A DNA stretch of 64,000 nt from Myxococcota bacterium (GCA_036012755.1 DASCPX010000027.1:32001-96000); one strand, 5' to 3'. Shown: positions 9,327 to 19,966, counted from the first letter of the stretch. The notes: generated from the letters alone by a model not told the origin. Made by a program: numbers and translations.

Positions 9327-12300
9327 GTGAGAATGCGGAAAAAGGGATGGCCGGCTGCAGCAGCAGCCCTGGTGCTGAATGTCGTGCTCATCGGCTGGTG
9401 CGTGGGAATCCCCTGCATCAGCGCCTGGACGCAGTACGGGATGGTGCTCGACGAGTGCCCCGACGGCGACCCACGCGTGGTCGCGAACGTACATACCTAC
9501 GGGCTGGAGCGGAATCGACCCGGCAACGTGGACATCTACGTCGCCGCCTCGTGGGTCGTCGACGACGACGAGCGCGCGCGACAGGATCCGCTCGGCGACT
9601 TCGACGCCACGCTCTACCTCGTGGACGGTGAGGCGCTGACGGAGCTGGAGTGCGGGCACCCCTGGGACGACAACCGCGGGCAGCTGAGCTGCAGCGTGCG
9701 CCTGGACCTGGAGCTGCCTGACGGCGACTACCTTCTCCGCGCCGCCATCGACACGCCGCTCGAGGACGTGGAGGTCGACGTCGAGCTCCCCCTCTACCGC
9801 CCCGCGCACATCCACGTCCTCTCCGACCGACCGCTGTACGAGCCCGGTGACACGTTGCAGTTCCGCGCGCTGTCGCTCCGCAAGGGCAGCCTCGAGCCCC
9901 TCGACACCCGTCCGGGGACCTGGACCGTCACGGATCCTCGCGGCAACGTGCTGCTGGAAGAGCGGACCGATGGCGGCCCGTGGGGCATCAGCGCGTCCTC
10001 GTTTCCGCTGGCTGACGACGCCCTGGTCGGCGACTGGGTCGTGGGCTTCTCCAGCGGAGACGACGTCGCGGAGACGCGGGTTCGGGTCGAGCCCTTCACG
10101 CTGCCGCGCTTCACCGTCGAGACCCACGCAGAGGACCCCTGGAACGCACCAGGTGAGGCCCCCGAGCTCAGCGGCACCGTGCTCTACAACTCCGGCGCGC
10201 CGGTCGCCGAGGCCTCTGTGAAGGTGAGCCTCTCCAGCGGCGGGTCGTGGCCCCTCCCGAACGCCTGGCTGGACCTCGAGGAGCTCCAGACGGACCGCTA
10301 CGGTCGCTTCCGCCTCCAGCTCGAGACGATCCCCTCCGACCTCGTGGAGCCCACGGACGTGAGCGTCTACGTCGGCGTCACCGACACCGACGGGGACACG
10401 ACCGCTGGCTTCACCTCCCTGAAGCTCTCGCCGGACCCGCTGTTGGCCGAAGCGGTCACCGAGCTCGGCGATGGCCTGATGAGCGACTTCAACAACCGCG
10501 TCTACCTCCGGGTCACGACCCCGGACGGCCGCGCCTTGTCCAACACCGACCTCGGCGTGCGAAACCTCTGGGATCCTCGCGACGCCGGCAAGGTCGTCTC
10601 CACAGACGAGGACGGGGTGGCCGCGTTGCAGCTCGACCCCGGTCAGCCGGTCAACGTCGTGGTCCCGGCCCAGCCCATTCGCCCTGCGCTGGAGGCCCTG
10701 GTCGAGCCCTTCGTGCTCAGCGCGCTCCGCCCCTCCCACCGGGCGAACACCGCGCCGAGCATCGCCGAGCGCCGCGACGCCCAGCGCCTCGTCGAGGAGC
10801 TGGCGCCCTGCTCCCACCTCATCTCGTCCACCTCCTACGACGAGGTCGTCCTGGAGACTCGAAGAGGCCTCGTCAGCCGCGTTCTCGGCTTCGACGGGGC
10901 CCTGGCCAGCTGCGCTGAGGACCGCCTGGAGGGCGCCGTCCTCGGGACCGAGGACGGTCTCTACGACCTCGGGCTGAACCTGGAGCCACCGAAGGACGTG
11001 ACCCGGCTGGAGGCCCTGCTGGTGACGGTCGGAGGCAGCGAGCCAGAGGGCTTCGGCGCGAACCTTCGTGACCGCGCTCGCGTCGCCTCCAGCTGCGTGG
11101 TCGGCGAGACGCTGGAGGGTGACTCCTCCTTCATGGCCATCTGGTTCGCGGACGAGGATGGCTCCGTGTCCCTTCGCTGGCTCGACTGGGAGAACCAGCC
11201 CGTGCCGTGGACTGCGCGACGCTGCATCGAGGGCGCCTACTCCGGTCTCCGCGCCTCCGAGGCCGAGGAGGCCTCGACGGGCACGCTGCGCTTCCGAGCG
11301 ACCCCACCCTACGAGCCGGTGACCACCATCCCGGCCTCGACCACCATGCAGGGCTTCGAGTTCGAGGTCTCTGTCGAGGACATCGGCGCTACGACCTGGC
11401 GCTCGGCTCCGGGCAGCGTGCCCCACTTCCGCCTTCGCCCGGACAAGGTGCTGCTCGAAGGCGGCGAGGAGCTCCGCGTGCAGATGCTCCGGGGCCCCTC
11501 CTTCAGCGGCAGCGTGCCCGACGCCCTGACGCTCTTCGACTCCGACGGCCACATCATGCAGTGCCCCCGCACGCCGAAGGCCCTCAAGGACGAGCCCTAC
11601 GACGACTACTACCACCGGGACTGTCCGAAGCCCGAAGACGACAACGCGGTGGTCTTCGCGATCCCCTCCGGACGCGAGGGCTTCATGAGGACCGAGTCCA
11701 ACGGCGCCCAGGCGATCGTCTACGTACGCCCTTCGGCGACCCTGGACCTCGAGATCACGACCGCAGCGACCAGCTATGCCCCGGGCAGCGAGGCGACCCT
11801 GGACATCCAGGCCTCTCAGCAGGCCGTCGTCAGCCTGCTCGGTGTGGACCAGAGCCTCGGGCAGCTCGCGCCCCTCCCCGGACCGGATGGACTGTCCGAG
11901 CTCGCCGTCGGGGCGAGCTCCTCCCAGCCGGCGTGGCAGTTCATGGACGCCCTCGCCCTCACCAGCGGCGCCGTCAGGGGCGACAACGCCGCGATGGCGG
12001 CGGTCCTGCGGGTCGACGCGCTGACCCAGGAGGATCGCGAGCCCCCCTACCGGAGCGCCTCTGGCGAGACCGTCTTCAACCCGGAAGAGGAGCTCCAGTC
12101 CGCCTTCTGGGAGCTGCTCGGCGATCTCTCGGCTGCTGTGCGCGAGTGGGAGGCCACGAGCCCGGAGGACGAGCTCCTCACCAACGAGCGCCTGGCCGAG
12201 ATCCATGCGGAGGTCCTCGCCGAGCGCGACGACCGAGGAGTCACCACCGTAGACGCGTGGGATCGGCCGCTGGAGCTCTGGCGCCTCCCTGACACCCTGT

Positions 12301-12401
12301 TGTCCCTGTGCGAACCCCGCGTCCTGGTCCTGGACGCGACCCGCGTCCCAGAGGACGTCGATCCCTGGATCCCCTGGGTTCGAGAGGAGATGGAGCGATG
12401 A
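9327..12401 (+). CDS. Alpha-2-macroglobulin family protein, N-terminal half (MG domains)
   Basis: N-terminal TM; SDRPLYEPGDTLQFRAL, VTDPRGNVL, VEPFTLPRFTV, SYAPGSEATL, VSLLGVDQSL. Confidence 0.8.
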   Translation: MRMRKKGWPAAAAALVLNVVLIGWCVGIPCISAWTQYGMVLDECPDGDPRVVANVHTYGLERNRPGNVDIYVAASWVVDDDERARQDPLGDFDATLYLVDGEALTELECGHPWDDNRGQLSCSVRLDLELPDGDYLLRAAIDTPLEDVEVDVELPLYRPAHIHVLSDRPLYEPGDTLQFRALSLRKGSLEPLDTRPGTWTVTDPRGNVLLEERTDGGPWGISASSFPLADDALVGDWVVGFSSGDDVAETRVRVEPFTLPRFTVETHAEDPWNAPGEAPELSGTVLYNSGAPVAEASVKVSLSSGGSWPLPNAWLDLEELQTDRYGRFRLQLETIPSDLVEPTDVSVYVGVTDTDGDTTAGFTSLKLSPDPLLAEAVTELGDGLMSDFNNRVYLRVTTPDGRALSNTDLGVRNLWDPRDAGKVVSTDEDGVAALQLDPGQPVNVVVPAQPIRPALEALVEPFVLSALRPSHRANTAPSIAERRDAQRLVEELAPCSHLISSTSYDEVVLETRRGLVSRVLGFDGALASCAEDRLEGAVLGTEDGLYDLGLNLEPPKDVTRLEALLVTVGGSEPEGFGANLRDRARVASSCVVGETLEGDSSFMAIWFADEDGSVSLRWLDWENQPVPWTARRCIEGAYSGLRASEAEEASTGTLRFRATPPYEPVTTIPASTTMQGFEFEVSVEDIGATTWRSAPGSVPHFRLRPDKVLLEGGEELRVQMLRGPSFSGSVPDALTLFDSDGHIMQCPRTPKALKDEPYDDYYHRDCPKPEDDNAVVFAIPSGREGFMRTESNGAQAIVYVRPSATLDLEITTAATSYAPGSEATLDIQASQQAVVSLLGVDQSLGQLAPLPGPDGLSELAVGASSSQPAWQFMDALALTSGAVRGDNAAMAAVLRVDALTQEDREPPYRSASGETVFNPEEELQSAFWELLGDLSAAVREWEATSPEDELLTNERLAEIHAEVLAERDDRGVTTVDAWDRPLELWRLPDTLLSLCEPRVLVLDATRVPEDVDPWIPWVREEMER

Positions 12402-14626
12402 GGTTGATCTGGTTTCTCAGCTGCTATGGGGCCGAGGCCCCCGACAACCAGGACGCTCAGTCCACGGCCGAGGAACAGCCGATGATGGACATGCCCGCGC
12501 CGGTGATGGCTCCGGGCAGCGGAGGCGCTGCCTCCGAGGACTGGGGCGGGGCGGAGCTGCGGGAGAAGGCGGAGGAGGAAGTGCGACGGGAGGCGAAGGA
12601 GCCCAGCTCGTCGAAGAAGAGCGCTCCCTCTCCGGAGCCGCTCGACGGAGAAACCGACAGTGACGACCGCGAGGCAGCCGTCGAGACGCGCTCCTGGTTC
12701 CCGGAGACCTTCGTCTGGGCCCCCTCGGTGCTCACCGATGAGAGCGGGAGCGCCACCCTCGCCGTGACCGTGCCCGACACGCTCACGACCTGGCGGGTGC
12801 TCGGCCTGGCCGCCTCGCGACAGGGCGCACAGGCCGGCGACGTGCACACCTTCACCTCCACGCTGCCGGTCTACGTCGACCCCCGCGTCCCGGAGAACTT
12901 GCGCCGCGGGGATCGCGTCGAGGTGCCGGTGCGGGTCGTCAACACCACCGACGCAGAGGTCGTCTCCAAGCTGCACGTGCGCGGCTCGGGCCTGGAGGGC
13001 TCCGCCACCGGAGTCGTTCGAGTTCCGGCCGGCGGCAGCATCGTCGAGACCGTCTCCCTGCGGGCGACCCAGCCAGGCCCGGCCTCGCTGGAGGCGGGGC
13101 TCGAAGGGGCCGACGCCATCGTCAAGGCCGTGCGTGTCGAGCCGACCGGGAGACCGCTGAGCCGCTCCTTCAGCGGCGTGCTGGGTACCGAAGACTACGT
13201 AGAGGTCCTGATGCCCGGCGGTGCCGAGTACGCGGAGGCCTCTCTCACCCTGTTCCCCGGCCCGCTGGGAGTGCTCCGCCGCGAGCTGGACGGTGCCGGT
13301 GGTGGCAGGCTCTTCGACGAAGCCTACGCCTTCACCCTGGGCGCTCGTGGCGGGGAGCTCCTCGCAGGACTCGGCGCCCAGCCGGACGCGGACCGCCTCG
13401 ACGCGCTGAGGACGACACGCCTCAGGGCGCAGCAACGGCTGGTCATCGCCTCTTCCTTCCTCGGCCCGGTCGAGCGCGCGACGATCCTCCACGCGGCCGA
13501 CCACGGCGTCGACGACGCCATCGCCGAGAGGCTCAGCAGCCGGTCACGACAGCGTCTTCGCACCGAGCAGCTCGGGGACGGGAGCTGGACGACCCCCTCG
13601 GGTACGACGCTCCAGGAGTTCCTCGTCCGCACCGCGTGGATCTGCGAAGCCGTGGACGACCCCGGAACGACCGTGCGCTGTGGCGCGGTCTTCGAACGCA
13701 ACGCCCAGCACCTCCTCGACGACAAGACGGCGGACGCCTACACGGCCGCGATGGTCCTTCGCAGTGGCGCAGGCAGCGACGACCTCCGCGACCAGCTGAC
13801 GGCGCTCGTCAGCGCCTCCCTCACGGAGCGAGGCGACGGACTCCCCGGAGTCGAGCTCCCAGCGGGCGTCCTCCGCCCGGACGGCGACCTCGCGACCCAG
13901 ACCGACGCCCTGGCCGCCGCCGCTGTCGTGCTCGATGATGACGAGGCCCGGGTGCTGTCCGCCGCGGTCATCGCGGCCTACGCGCCCGGACGCGGCTTTG
14001 GTGACGGCCTGACGAGCCTGCTGGCCCTGGAGGCGCTCGAGAAGCTCGGAGAGGCCGAGGTCCCCGAGGAGCTGGAGGTCCGGCTGCTGATCGACGACGA
14101 GGTCGTCGAGCGTCACGTCCTGAAGAAGTCCGCGCTCGGCGAGACCGCTGTCCTCAGGGCCCCGGCCCCGCTCTCTGGCGAGCATCGCTACGCCATCGAG
14201 GCAGACGGTGTCTGGCCTGGTCTCGCCTGGCACCTCGACGTCGATCTCTTCGTCCCCTGGGACGGTGAGGCAGGACCCGAGGGGTTGGACATCGAGGTCG
14301 AGCATGGCGAGCTCGCCTTCGGCAAGAGCACCAACGTGGCCCTCATCGTGGCGGTCCCGAAGGGCGAGGCCGTCGTGCTTCGCCACGCGCCCCCGGTGGG
14401 CTTCGTCGTCGACGAAGAGAGCATCACCGGCGGCACCGTCATCTCCGTCGACGACGGCGGCGTCACGGTGCGCGTGGAGGCGGGCCACGACGGCTTCGTG
14501 ACCGTGGAGTACCAGGGCGTGCCGACGCTCAGGGGCGAGCTCTCCACCGGGCCGGCCACGGTCGCGCTCTCGAGCGATCCCGACCTCGTCAAGGCCGTGC
14601 CGCCAGAGGTGTGGAGCCTGAGGTGA
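12398..14626 (+). CDS. Alpha-2-macroglobulin family protein, C-terminal half (no thioester motif)
   Basis: ATGA-coupled start; TRSWFPETFVW, VPDTLTTWR, LRRGDRVEVPVRVVN, EQLGDGSW; no CxEQ. Confidence 0.8.
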   Translation: MRLIWFLSCYGAEAPDNQDAQSTAEEQPMMDMPAPVMAPGSGGAASEDWGGAELREKAEEEVRREAKEPSSSKKSAPSPEPLDGETDSDDREAAVETRSWFPETFVWAPSVLTDESGSATLAVTVPDTLTTWRVLGLAASRQGAQAGDVHTFTSTLPVYVDPRVPENLRRGDRVEVPVRVVNTTDAEVVSKLHVRGSGLEGSATGVVRVPAGGSIVETVSLRATQPGPASLEAGLEGADAIVKAVRVEPTGRPLSRSFSGVLGTEDYVEVLMPGGAEYAEASLTLFPGPLGVLRRELDGAGGGRLFDEAYAFTLGARGGELLAGLGAQPDADRLDALRTTRLRAQQRLVIASSFLGPVERATILHAADHGVDDAIAERLSSRSRQRLRTEQLGDGSWTTPSGTTLQEFLVRTAWICEAVDDPGTTVRCGAVFERNAQHLLDDKTADAYTAAMVLRSGAGSDDLRDQLTALVSASLTERGDGLPGVELPAGVLRPDGDLATQTDALAAAAVVLDDDEARVLSAAVIAAYAPGRGFGDGLTSLLALEALEKLGEAEVPEELEVRLLIDDEVVERHVLKKSALGETAVLRAPAPLSGEHRYAIEADGVWPGLAWHLDVDLFVPWDGEAGPEGLDIEVEHGELAFGKSTNVALIVAVPKGEAVVLRHAPPVGFVVDEESITGGTVISVDDGGVTVRVEAGHDGFVTVEYQGVPTLRGELSTGPATVALSSDPDLVKAVPPEVWSLR

Positions 14627-14652
14627 GGCTCCCGGCCCTGTAGAGTCTCGGC

Positions 14653-15900
14653 GTGCTCACTCGCAGGCAGCTCTTCGCGGCGCTCACCGCCACTCCGGCG
14701 CTGTTGGCGCTGCGCTTTCCTGTCGCCTTCGCCACGAGCGACGGCGAGGGCTTCTGGCAGGAGCTGCGCCGTCACTTCCTGATCCCGCCAGACCAGGGCT
14801 TCTTCAACACCGGGACCCTCGGCGCCATGCCCGCCTCCGTGCTGGGGGCGCTCACGGACAGCCTCGTCGACGTCGAGGTCCACCTCGCCGACTGGGCCTA
14901 CCCCAGCGAAGGGCAGCGACCTCCCCTGGCCGGCTACGACCCCGAAGACGCGGTGCGCGCCAAGCTCGGCGAGCTCCTCGGCTGCGAGGGCAGTGACCTC
15001 GCGCTGACGCGAAACGCGACGATGGGGCACAACTTCGTGGCCCTGGGCCTGGAGCTCTCCGAGGGTGACGAGATCCTCATCACCGACCAGGAGCATCCCG
15101 GAGGGCGCTCCGGCTGGGATCTCCGGGCCAGCCGCGATGGCATCCTGGTCACAGAGGTGGGTGTCGACCCAAGGGGCTCCGCCGCCGACGTCCTCGCTGC
15201 CTTCGAAGCCGCGATGAGCGAGCGCACCCGAGTCCTGGCCGTTCCCCACGTGAGCTCCAAGCTGGGCCTGCGGCTGCCGGTGCGGAGGCTCTCGGCCCTG
15301 GCTCGCGAGCGAGGCATCTTCTCGGTGATCGACGGGGCACAGGCTCCCGGGCAGCTCGCCGTGGACCTCTCGGAGATCGGCTGCGACGCCTACTTCAGCT
15401 CTCCCCACAAGTGGCTCCTGGCGCCGAAGGGCAGCGGCCTCCTCTTCATCCGGCCCGAAGCCCAGGACCAGGTCTGGTCCACCATCGCCAGCGCCCAGTG
15501 GGACAACCACGACGACGGGCTCTTCCGCCTCCAGCAGATCGGCACCGGCAACCGCTCGATGATCCATGCCTACGAGGCCTGCATCGACTGGTGGCTCCAG
15601 CTGGGCTTGCAGCGGGGGGCCGACCGGGCCCAGCACATGGCGCGGCTCCTGCGTGCCGGCCTGGCCGACCTCGACGTCGAGCTCCAAAGCGCCGAGCACC
15701 CGGACCTGCAGTGCGCGATCACCACCATCGCGGTCCCGGACCGAGACCACCGGGAGTTGCAGGAGGCCCTCTGGAAGGAGGCGCGAGTGCGGGTGCGCGC
15801 GGTGGGCGATGCCCTGCGCATCAGCACGCACATCTACACGCTGCCTGGCGACATCGAGCGCCTGGTGACCACGCTCGCGGCCCTGTTGCGCGCCGGGTAG
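14653..15900 (+). CDS. Class V PLP aminotransferase (isopenicillin-N epimerase/cysteine desulfurase-like) with Tat signal
   Basis: TRRQLF Tat motif; FNTGTLG, TRNAT, QEHPGG, IDGAQ, SSPHKWLLAPKGSG. Confidence 0.88.
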   Translation: MLTRRQLFAALTATPALLALRFPVAFATSDGEGFWQELRRHFLIPPDQGFFNTGTLGAMPASVLGALTDSLVDVEVHLADWAYPSEGQRPPLAGYDPEDAVRAKLGELLGCEGSDLALTRNATMGHNFVALGLELSEGDEILITDQEHPGGRSGWDLRASRDGILVTEVGVDPRGSAADVLAAFEAAMSERTRVLAVPHVSSKLGLRLPVRRLSALARERGIFSVIDGAQAPGQLAVDLSEIGCDAYFSSPHKWLLAPKGSGLLFIRPEAQDQVWSTIASAQWDNHDDGLFRLQQIGTGNRSMIHAYEACIDWWLQLGLQRGADRAQHMARLLRAGLADLDVELQSAEHPDLQCAITTIAVPDRDHRELQEALWKEARVRVRAVGDALRISTHIYTLPGDIERLVTTLAALLRAG

Positions 15901-15909
15901 GGTGGCGCC

Positions 15910-16680
15910 GTGATCTACTACAGGCCGACCGGAGACGAGGTCTCGCTGTTCCAGACAGCGCACGAAAACCAGCTCCCGGTGCTCCTCAAGGGGCCGACGG
16001 GCTGCGGCAAGACCCGCTTCGTCCGGTTCATGGCCGAGCGCCTGGGGCGACCGCTGGTCACGGTCGCTTGCCAGGAGGACCTCGCCGCTGCCGACCTCAC
16101 GGGCCGCTTCATGCTGGAGGGGGGCTCCACCGTGTGGCGTGACGGGCCGCTCACCACCGCCCTGCGCCGAGGCGCGATCTGCTACCTCGACGAGGTCGTG
16201 GAGGCGCGCAGCGACGTGCTCACCGTGCTCCATCCGCTGACCGACGACCGGCGCATGCTCCCGCTCGAGAGGCTGGGCGAGCAGTTGGAGGCAGCCCCCG
16301 GCTTCCAGGTCGTGATCTCCTACAACCCCGGCTACCAGTCGGTGACCAAGGAGCTCAAGGAGAGCACCCGCCAGCGCTTCGTCTCGATCGCCTTCGACTA
16401 CCCGAGCGAAGACATCGAGATCGAGATCGTGCAGCAGGAGTCGGGCTGCGAACGCGACGTCGCCGAGGAGCTCGTGAAGCTGGGGACGGGCTCTCGCAAG
16501 CTCCGCGCCCACGGGCTCGCCGAGGGGGCCTCGACGCGCCTGTTGGTCTACGCCGGCAAGCTCGTCGTGGCCGGCGTGGGTCTCGAGGAGGCGGCTCGGG
16601 CCACCCTCGTCGGCTCTTTGACGGACGACGCGGAGATGACGCGCGCCTTGAACGAGCTGGTGCGCTCGGTGCTCGGCTGA
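15910..16680 (+). CDS. CbbQ/NirQ/NorQ family MoxR AAA+ ATPase (copy 1)
   Basis: [52 protein letters not shown]. Confidence 0.95.
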   Translation: MIYYRPTGDEVSLFQTAHENQLPVLLKGPTGCGKTRFVRFMAERLGRPLVTVACQEDLAAADLTGRFMLEGGSTVWRDGPLTTALRRGAICYLDEVVEARSDVLTVLHPLTDDRRMLPLERLGEQLEAAPGFQVVISYNPGYQSVTKELKESTRQRFVSIAFDYPSEDIEIEIVQQESGCERDVAEELVKLGTGSRKLRAHGLAEGASTRLLVYAGKLVVAGVGLEEAARATLVGSLTDDAEMTRALNELVRSVLG

Positions 16681-16681
16681 A

Positions 16682-18598
16682 ATGGGCGGCCCCACCTGGG
16701 AGCCCGATCACGAAGCCACCGACGAGGAGGTCGAGCGAGCGCTGCTGGCGCCCTTCCTCTTCGGCGACCCGGTGCTGCTGGCCAAGGACGGGAGCGTAGC
16801 GGGGACGCCTGTCGGCCATCTCCAGCGGCGCGTCCTGGCGTGGCTGACGATGGTGACGGGCCAGCACCTGAGGCTCGGACACGCGGACCCTGCCTCCACC
16901 GACGGCGTCCACCTGCTGCTCCCCCGCCACGCGCCGGCCCCCGCGGAACCGGCGCAGGACGAGGTGCTCTTCAGGGTGATGGCGCTGCTGCAGGCCGGCC
17001 TGCTGGCGCTTGGCTTCCTCGACCAGCGGGCCCTGCTGGTCGAGCTCCACCGCGACTGGGTCCTTCGATCGACCTGGCACCTGTTGGCCGCTCGGGCGGT
17101 CGCGCGCCACTTCGGCGAGGCCTACCCTGGCATCGCCCGTGACCTCGCCGCTGTCAGCGCGATGGAGAAGGCGACGCGCATGCGCGTGAACCTCACGGAG
17201 GTACCGCGGGAGGGCCTGCCGGAGGCCTTCGTCCCGCTGTACTCGCAGCTGAGCACGAGCTTCGCGCTCCGGACCGGCGGCGCCCCGGCCAAGGAGGCGG
17301 TCGAGGCCGTCGACGGGGCACCGCCCGACGGTCTGCGCCTCGTCGTGCTCGGCCAGGCGCGCAAGCTGAGGGAGCACTTCAGGAGCCAGCGGCTGGGTCC
17401 ACCTCCCCTGCCCTGGTACCTCGGCATCGTGCGCCCCGAGTGGATCCTCGCGGACCTGGAGCCCGACGAGAGCGAGGAGTGGCAAAAGGGCAACAAGCCC
17501 CTTCGGCAGCTGCTCGCTGCCATGGCGCGAGCGGGCAAGGTCGACGTCCCGGAGGTCGAGCAGTCGAAGCGCCGGGGGCTCAGGGCCCGCCTCAAGGCCC
17601 GCTTCGGTGCCGGCGAGGACCAGGACCTCGCCAAGACCCCGGCCTACGGAGTCCTCCGGGACGAGGCCCAGCAGGCATCACGCTCCAGTCGAGAGGAGCC
17701 CATACATGTTCCGGAGATCGTTAGACAAGACGTCCGGGAGTACGACGAGTGGGACCAGACTTCCCAGAGCTGGAAGCTGGCGGAGACGAGGGTCTCGAGC
17801 CCGGTGGCGCCAGCCGGATCGCTGTCCGCCTACGAGCAGGTGTTGGAGGCCAACGCCGCCCAGGTCCGACGGATCCGGCGTCGCTTCGAGGCCCTCCGCC
17901 ATGTCGAGCGCTGGCACACGGGCTTGCCGGACGGACCAGAGATCGACCTCGACCGGCTGATCATCGCCCACTGTGATCTGCTGGCTGGAACCCAACCCAA
18001 GCAGGACTTCCACAAGCGCTGGGTGCGGCGCCGCCAGCCGATCTGCGTGCTCACGCTGGTCGACCTGAGCGGCTCGACCCAGGGCCGCGTCCTGCATGCC
18101 CAGCAAGAGGCGGTCGTGCTCTTCGCAGAGGGCCTCCACGTGCTCGGAGTGCCCCACGCCTTCCACGGCTTCAACGGGCAGCACGCACAGGACATCTCGC
18201 TCTGGCGCCTCAAGGGCTTCGACGAGACCCTCGACGCTCCAGCCAGGAAGCGCCTGGGCAACCTCCGCGCGGCTGGCTCCACGCGCCTCGGGGCGGTCAT
18301 CCGGCACGCGACGTGGATGCTCGACCAGCGCCCGGAGCCACGTCGCGTGTTGCTCCTGCTGTCTGACGGAAAGCCCGAAGACCGTTCGGGATATCGCGGT
18401 GACTACGGAGTCCAGGACAGCGCGGTCGCCGTCCAGCAGGCCTCCAGCGCTGGCCTGTTGCTGCGCTGCATCAGCCTCGACACCCGCGACGGGAGCTACC
18501 TGCCCACGATCTTCGGGGCCAAGGGCTACCTGCAGCTCCAGAGCGTGGAAGAGCTCCCGCAGAGACTGCCGGAGCTCTTCAGGAACACGCTGAGCTGA
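16682..18598 (+). CDS. CbbO/NorD family VWA domain protein (copy 1)
   Basis: EYDEWD, DGPEIDLD, DLSGST MIDAS, STRLGAVIRHA, LLLLSDGKPED..Y.G.YG..D. Confidence 0.88.
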   Translation: MGGPTWEPDHEATDEEVERALLAPFLFGDPVLLAKDGSVAGTPVGHLQRRVLAWLTMVTGQHLRLGHADPASTDGVHLLLPRHAPAPAEPAQDEVLFRVMALLQAGLLALGFLDQRALLVELHRDWVLRSTWHLLAARAVARHFGEAYPGIARDLAAVSAMEKATRMRVNLTEVPREGLPEAFVPLYSQLSTSFALRTGGAPAKEAVEAVDGAPPDGLRLVVLGQARKLREHFRSQRLGPPPLPWYLGIVRPEWILADLEPDESEEWQKGNKPLRQLLAAMARAGKVDVPEVEQSKRRGLRARLKARFGAGEDQDLAKTPAYGVLRDEAQQASRSSREEPIHVPEIVRQDVREYDEWDQTSQSWKLAETRVSSPVAPAGSLSAYEQVLEANAAQVRRIRRRFEALRHVERWHTGLPDGPEIDLDRLIIAHCDLLAGTQPKQDFHKRWVRRRQPICVLTLVDLSGSTQGRVLHAQQEAVVLFAEGLHVLGVPHAFHGFNGQHAQDISLWRLKGFDETLDAPARKRLGNLRAAGSTRLGAVIRHATWMLDQRPEPRRVLLLLSDGKPEDRSGYRGDYGVQDSAVAVQQASSAGLLLRCISLDTRDGSYLPTIFGAKGYLQLQSVEELPQRLPELFRNTLS

Positions 18599-18601
18599 AG
18601 A

Positions 18602-19966
18602 TCAGCTCGGCGCGAAGAGGAAGGGGTAGCTCACGATGACGATGCCGCCGCCCCTGGGCTCGGGGAAGGTGAGCTTCATCATGGTGGAGTTCAGGCAGCT
18701 CTCGACTGCCCGGTTTCCGACCGACGAGGACTTCGTCTGGGCCGCGCTGACCTCGCCCTCGCGGGTGATGGTGAACTTCACGGAGACCTTGCCGCCGATG
18801 GTCGGGTCCTTCGTGAGCTCGCGCTGGTAGCAGTAGCGGAAGCGGTTCAGGTTGCGCTTGATGACCTTGTCGACCTGCGCCTTGTCCAGGCCACCCACGA
18901 TGAGGCCGCCCTCGATGCCCTTGATGGTGCCCTCCGTGCGCTCGCCGAGCGCGCCCTCGCCGAAGTCACGGGCGTCCTGCCCGATGCCTTCGAGGCCGAG
19001 CCCGCCTCCGGAGTAGGCCTTGCCGCCGCCGCCGAGGCCGGAGCCACGGGAGCTGAAGCCGCCGGAGCCCATCATGACCCCCTTGGCTCCGATCAGGCCG
19101 CCGACGCCGTCCATGATGCCAGCGCTCAGCCCCGTGGAGTCCAGACCGGCGGTCGCCCCGATCTCGGACCAGGCCCCCATGAGCCCGGCATCCCGTGCGA
19201 TCTCGCGATCCTGCGTCGAACCTCCGCCGCGGGCCCGCAGCATCTTGCCCCGCTCGTCTCCGCGCTTGCCTGCCTTGCGGATGTGCCGCTCACCCTCGCG
19301 AGTCACTTCCTTGGCCTTGGTGACAGCGGCGGGCTTCGGGACCTCTGGAGCCTGGATCAGCACCTGGGTGAAGCGATCGGGGACCTCGTTGAGATCACTC
19401 GACATCGCTACGGGGCTGGTCAGCGCGACGACCGCAAGCATGGCCGCCGCGAAGAGCGAGAAGGTGACCGTGCCGACGAGCGGCAGGTCGAGATCGGCCT
19501 TGCCCTTGGGGATCTTGGAGCCGGGCGCGGTCAGCCGGGCGACGTAGGTGATCGGACCGACCCGGATCGCGACCTGCTCCTCGCAGGCGAGGGTGACGCG
19601 GCGAATGCCGGTGATGCCCTCGTCGCCGGAGTCCGAGAGGTGCTCGCTGCTCGGCCAGGCCTTCTCGAGGTTCGCGACGAGCCGTCCATCCTCGACGGAG
19701 AAGAGCTCGAAGGGCTCGCTGTCGGGGAGCAGCTCCTCGGGCATGGGGAACTCGGCGGTGCCGAGCATCACGGTGCCCGAGGAGCCGTCGAGGTGCCGCA
19801 CGTCGAGCAGGGTGTCTCCCCAGGCTGTCGCCACCTCCAGGACCAACGGGGCCTGGGTGTCGAGGCCGAGGTCGCCTCGGCCGGCGCCGCTGGTCGTGAT
19901 GACGGCCATCGGGTCCTGAGTACTGAGCAGGTTCGGGCGCAGCTCGCCCTTGAGACGGATCTCCAT
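18602..19966 (-). CDS. AgmX/PglI/GltG-like TonB C-terminal domain protein
   Basis: LEVATAWGDTLLDV N-terminus, TM, Gly-rich linker, GGLDKAQVDKVIKRN..FRYCYQREL..P...GKV.VKF.I...FPEPRGGGIVIVSYPF. Confidence 0.85.
   Translation of the reverse strand: MEIRLKGELRPNLLSTQDPMAVITTSGAGRGDLGLDTQAPLVLEVATAWGDTLLDVRHLDGSSGTVMLGTAEFPMPEELLPDSEPFELFSVEDGRLVANLEKAWPSSEHLSDSGDEGITGIRRVTLACEEQVAIRVGPITYVARLTAPGSKIPKGKADLDLPLVGTVTFSLFAAAMLAVVALTSPVAMSSDLNEVPDRFTQVLIQAPEVPKPAAVTKAKEVTREGERHIRKAGKRGDERGKMLRARGGGSTQDREIARDAGLMGAWSEIGATAGLDSTGLSAGIMDGVGGLIGAKGVMMGSGGFSSRGSGLGGGGKAYSGGGLGLEGIGQDARDFGEGALGERTEGTIKGIEGGLIVGGLDKAQVDKVIKRNLNRFRYCYQRELTKDPTIGGKVSVKFTITREGEVSAAQTKSSSVGNRAVESCLNSTMMKLTFPEPRGGGIVIVSYPFLFAPS

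Noticed and set aside
9252..12206. 984-aa minus-strand ORF and similar long shadow ORFs (14188-16695, 19993-22023, 43042-45534, 53324-55123)
   Set aside because: Antisense shadows of well-supported genes; high GC3 suppresses stops and the translations lack motifs.
15910..18598. Calling the window a denitrification or carbon-fixation locus
   Set aside because: No nor, nir or Rubisco structural genes are visible, so norQ/cbbQ symbols were withheld.
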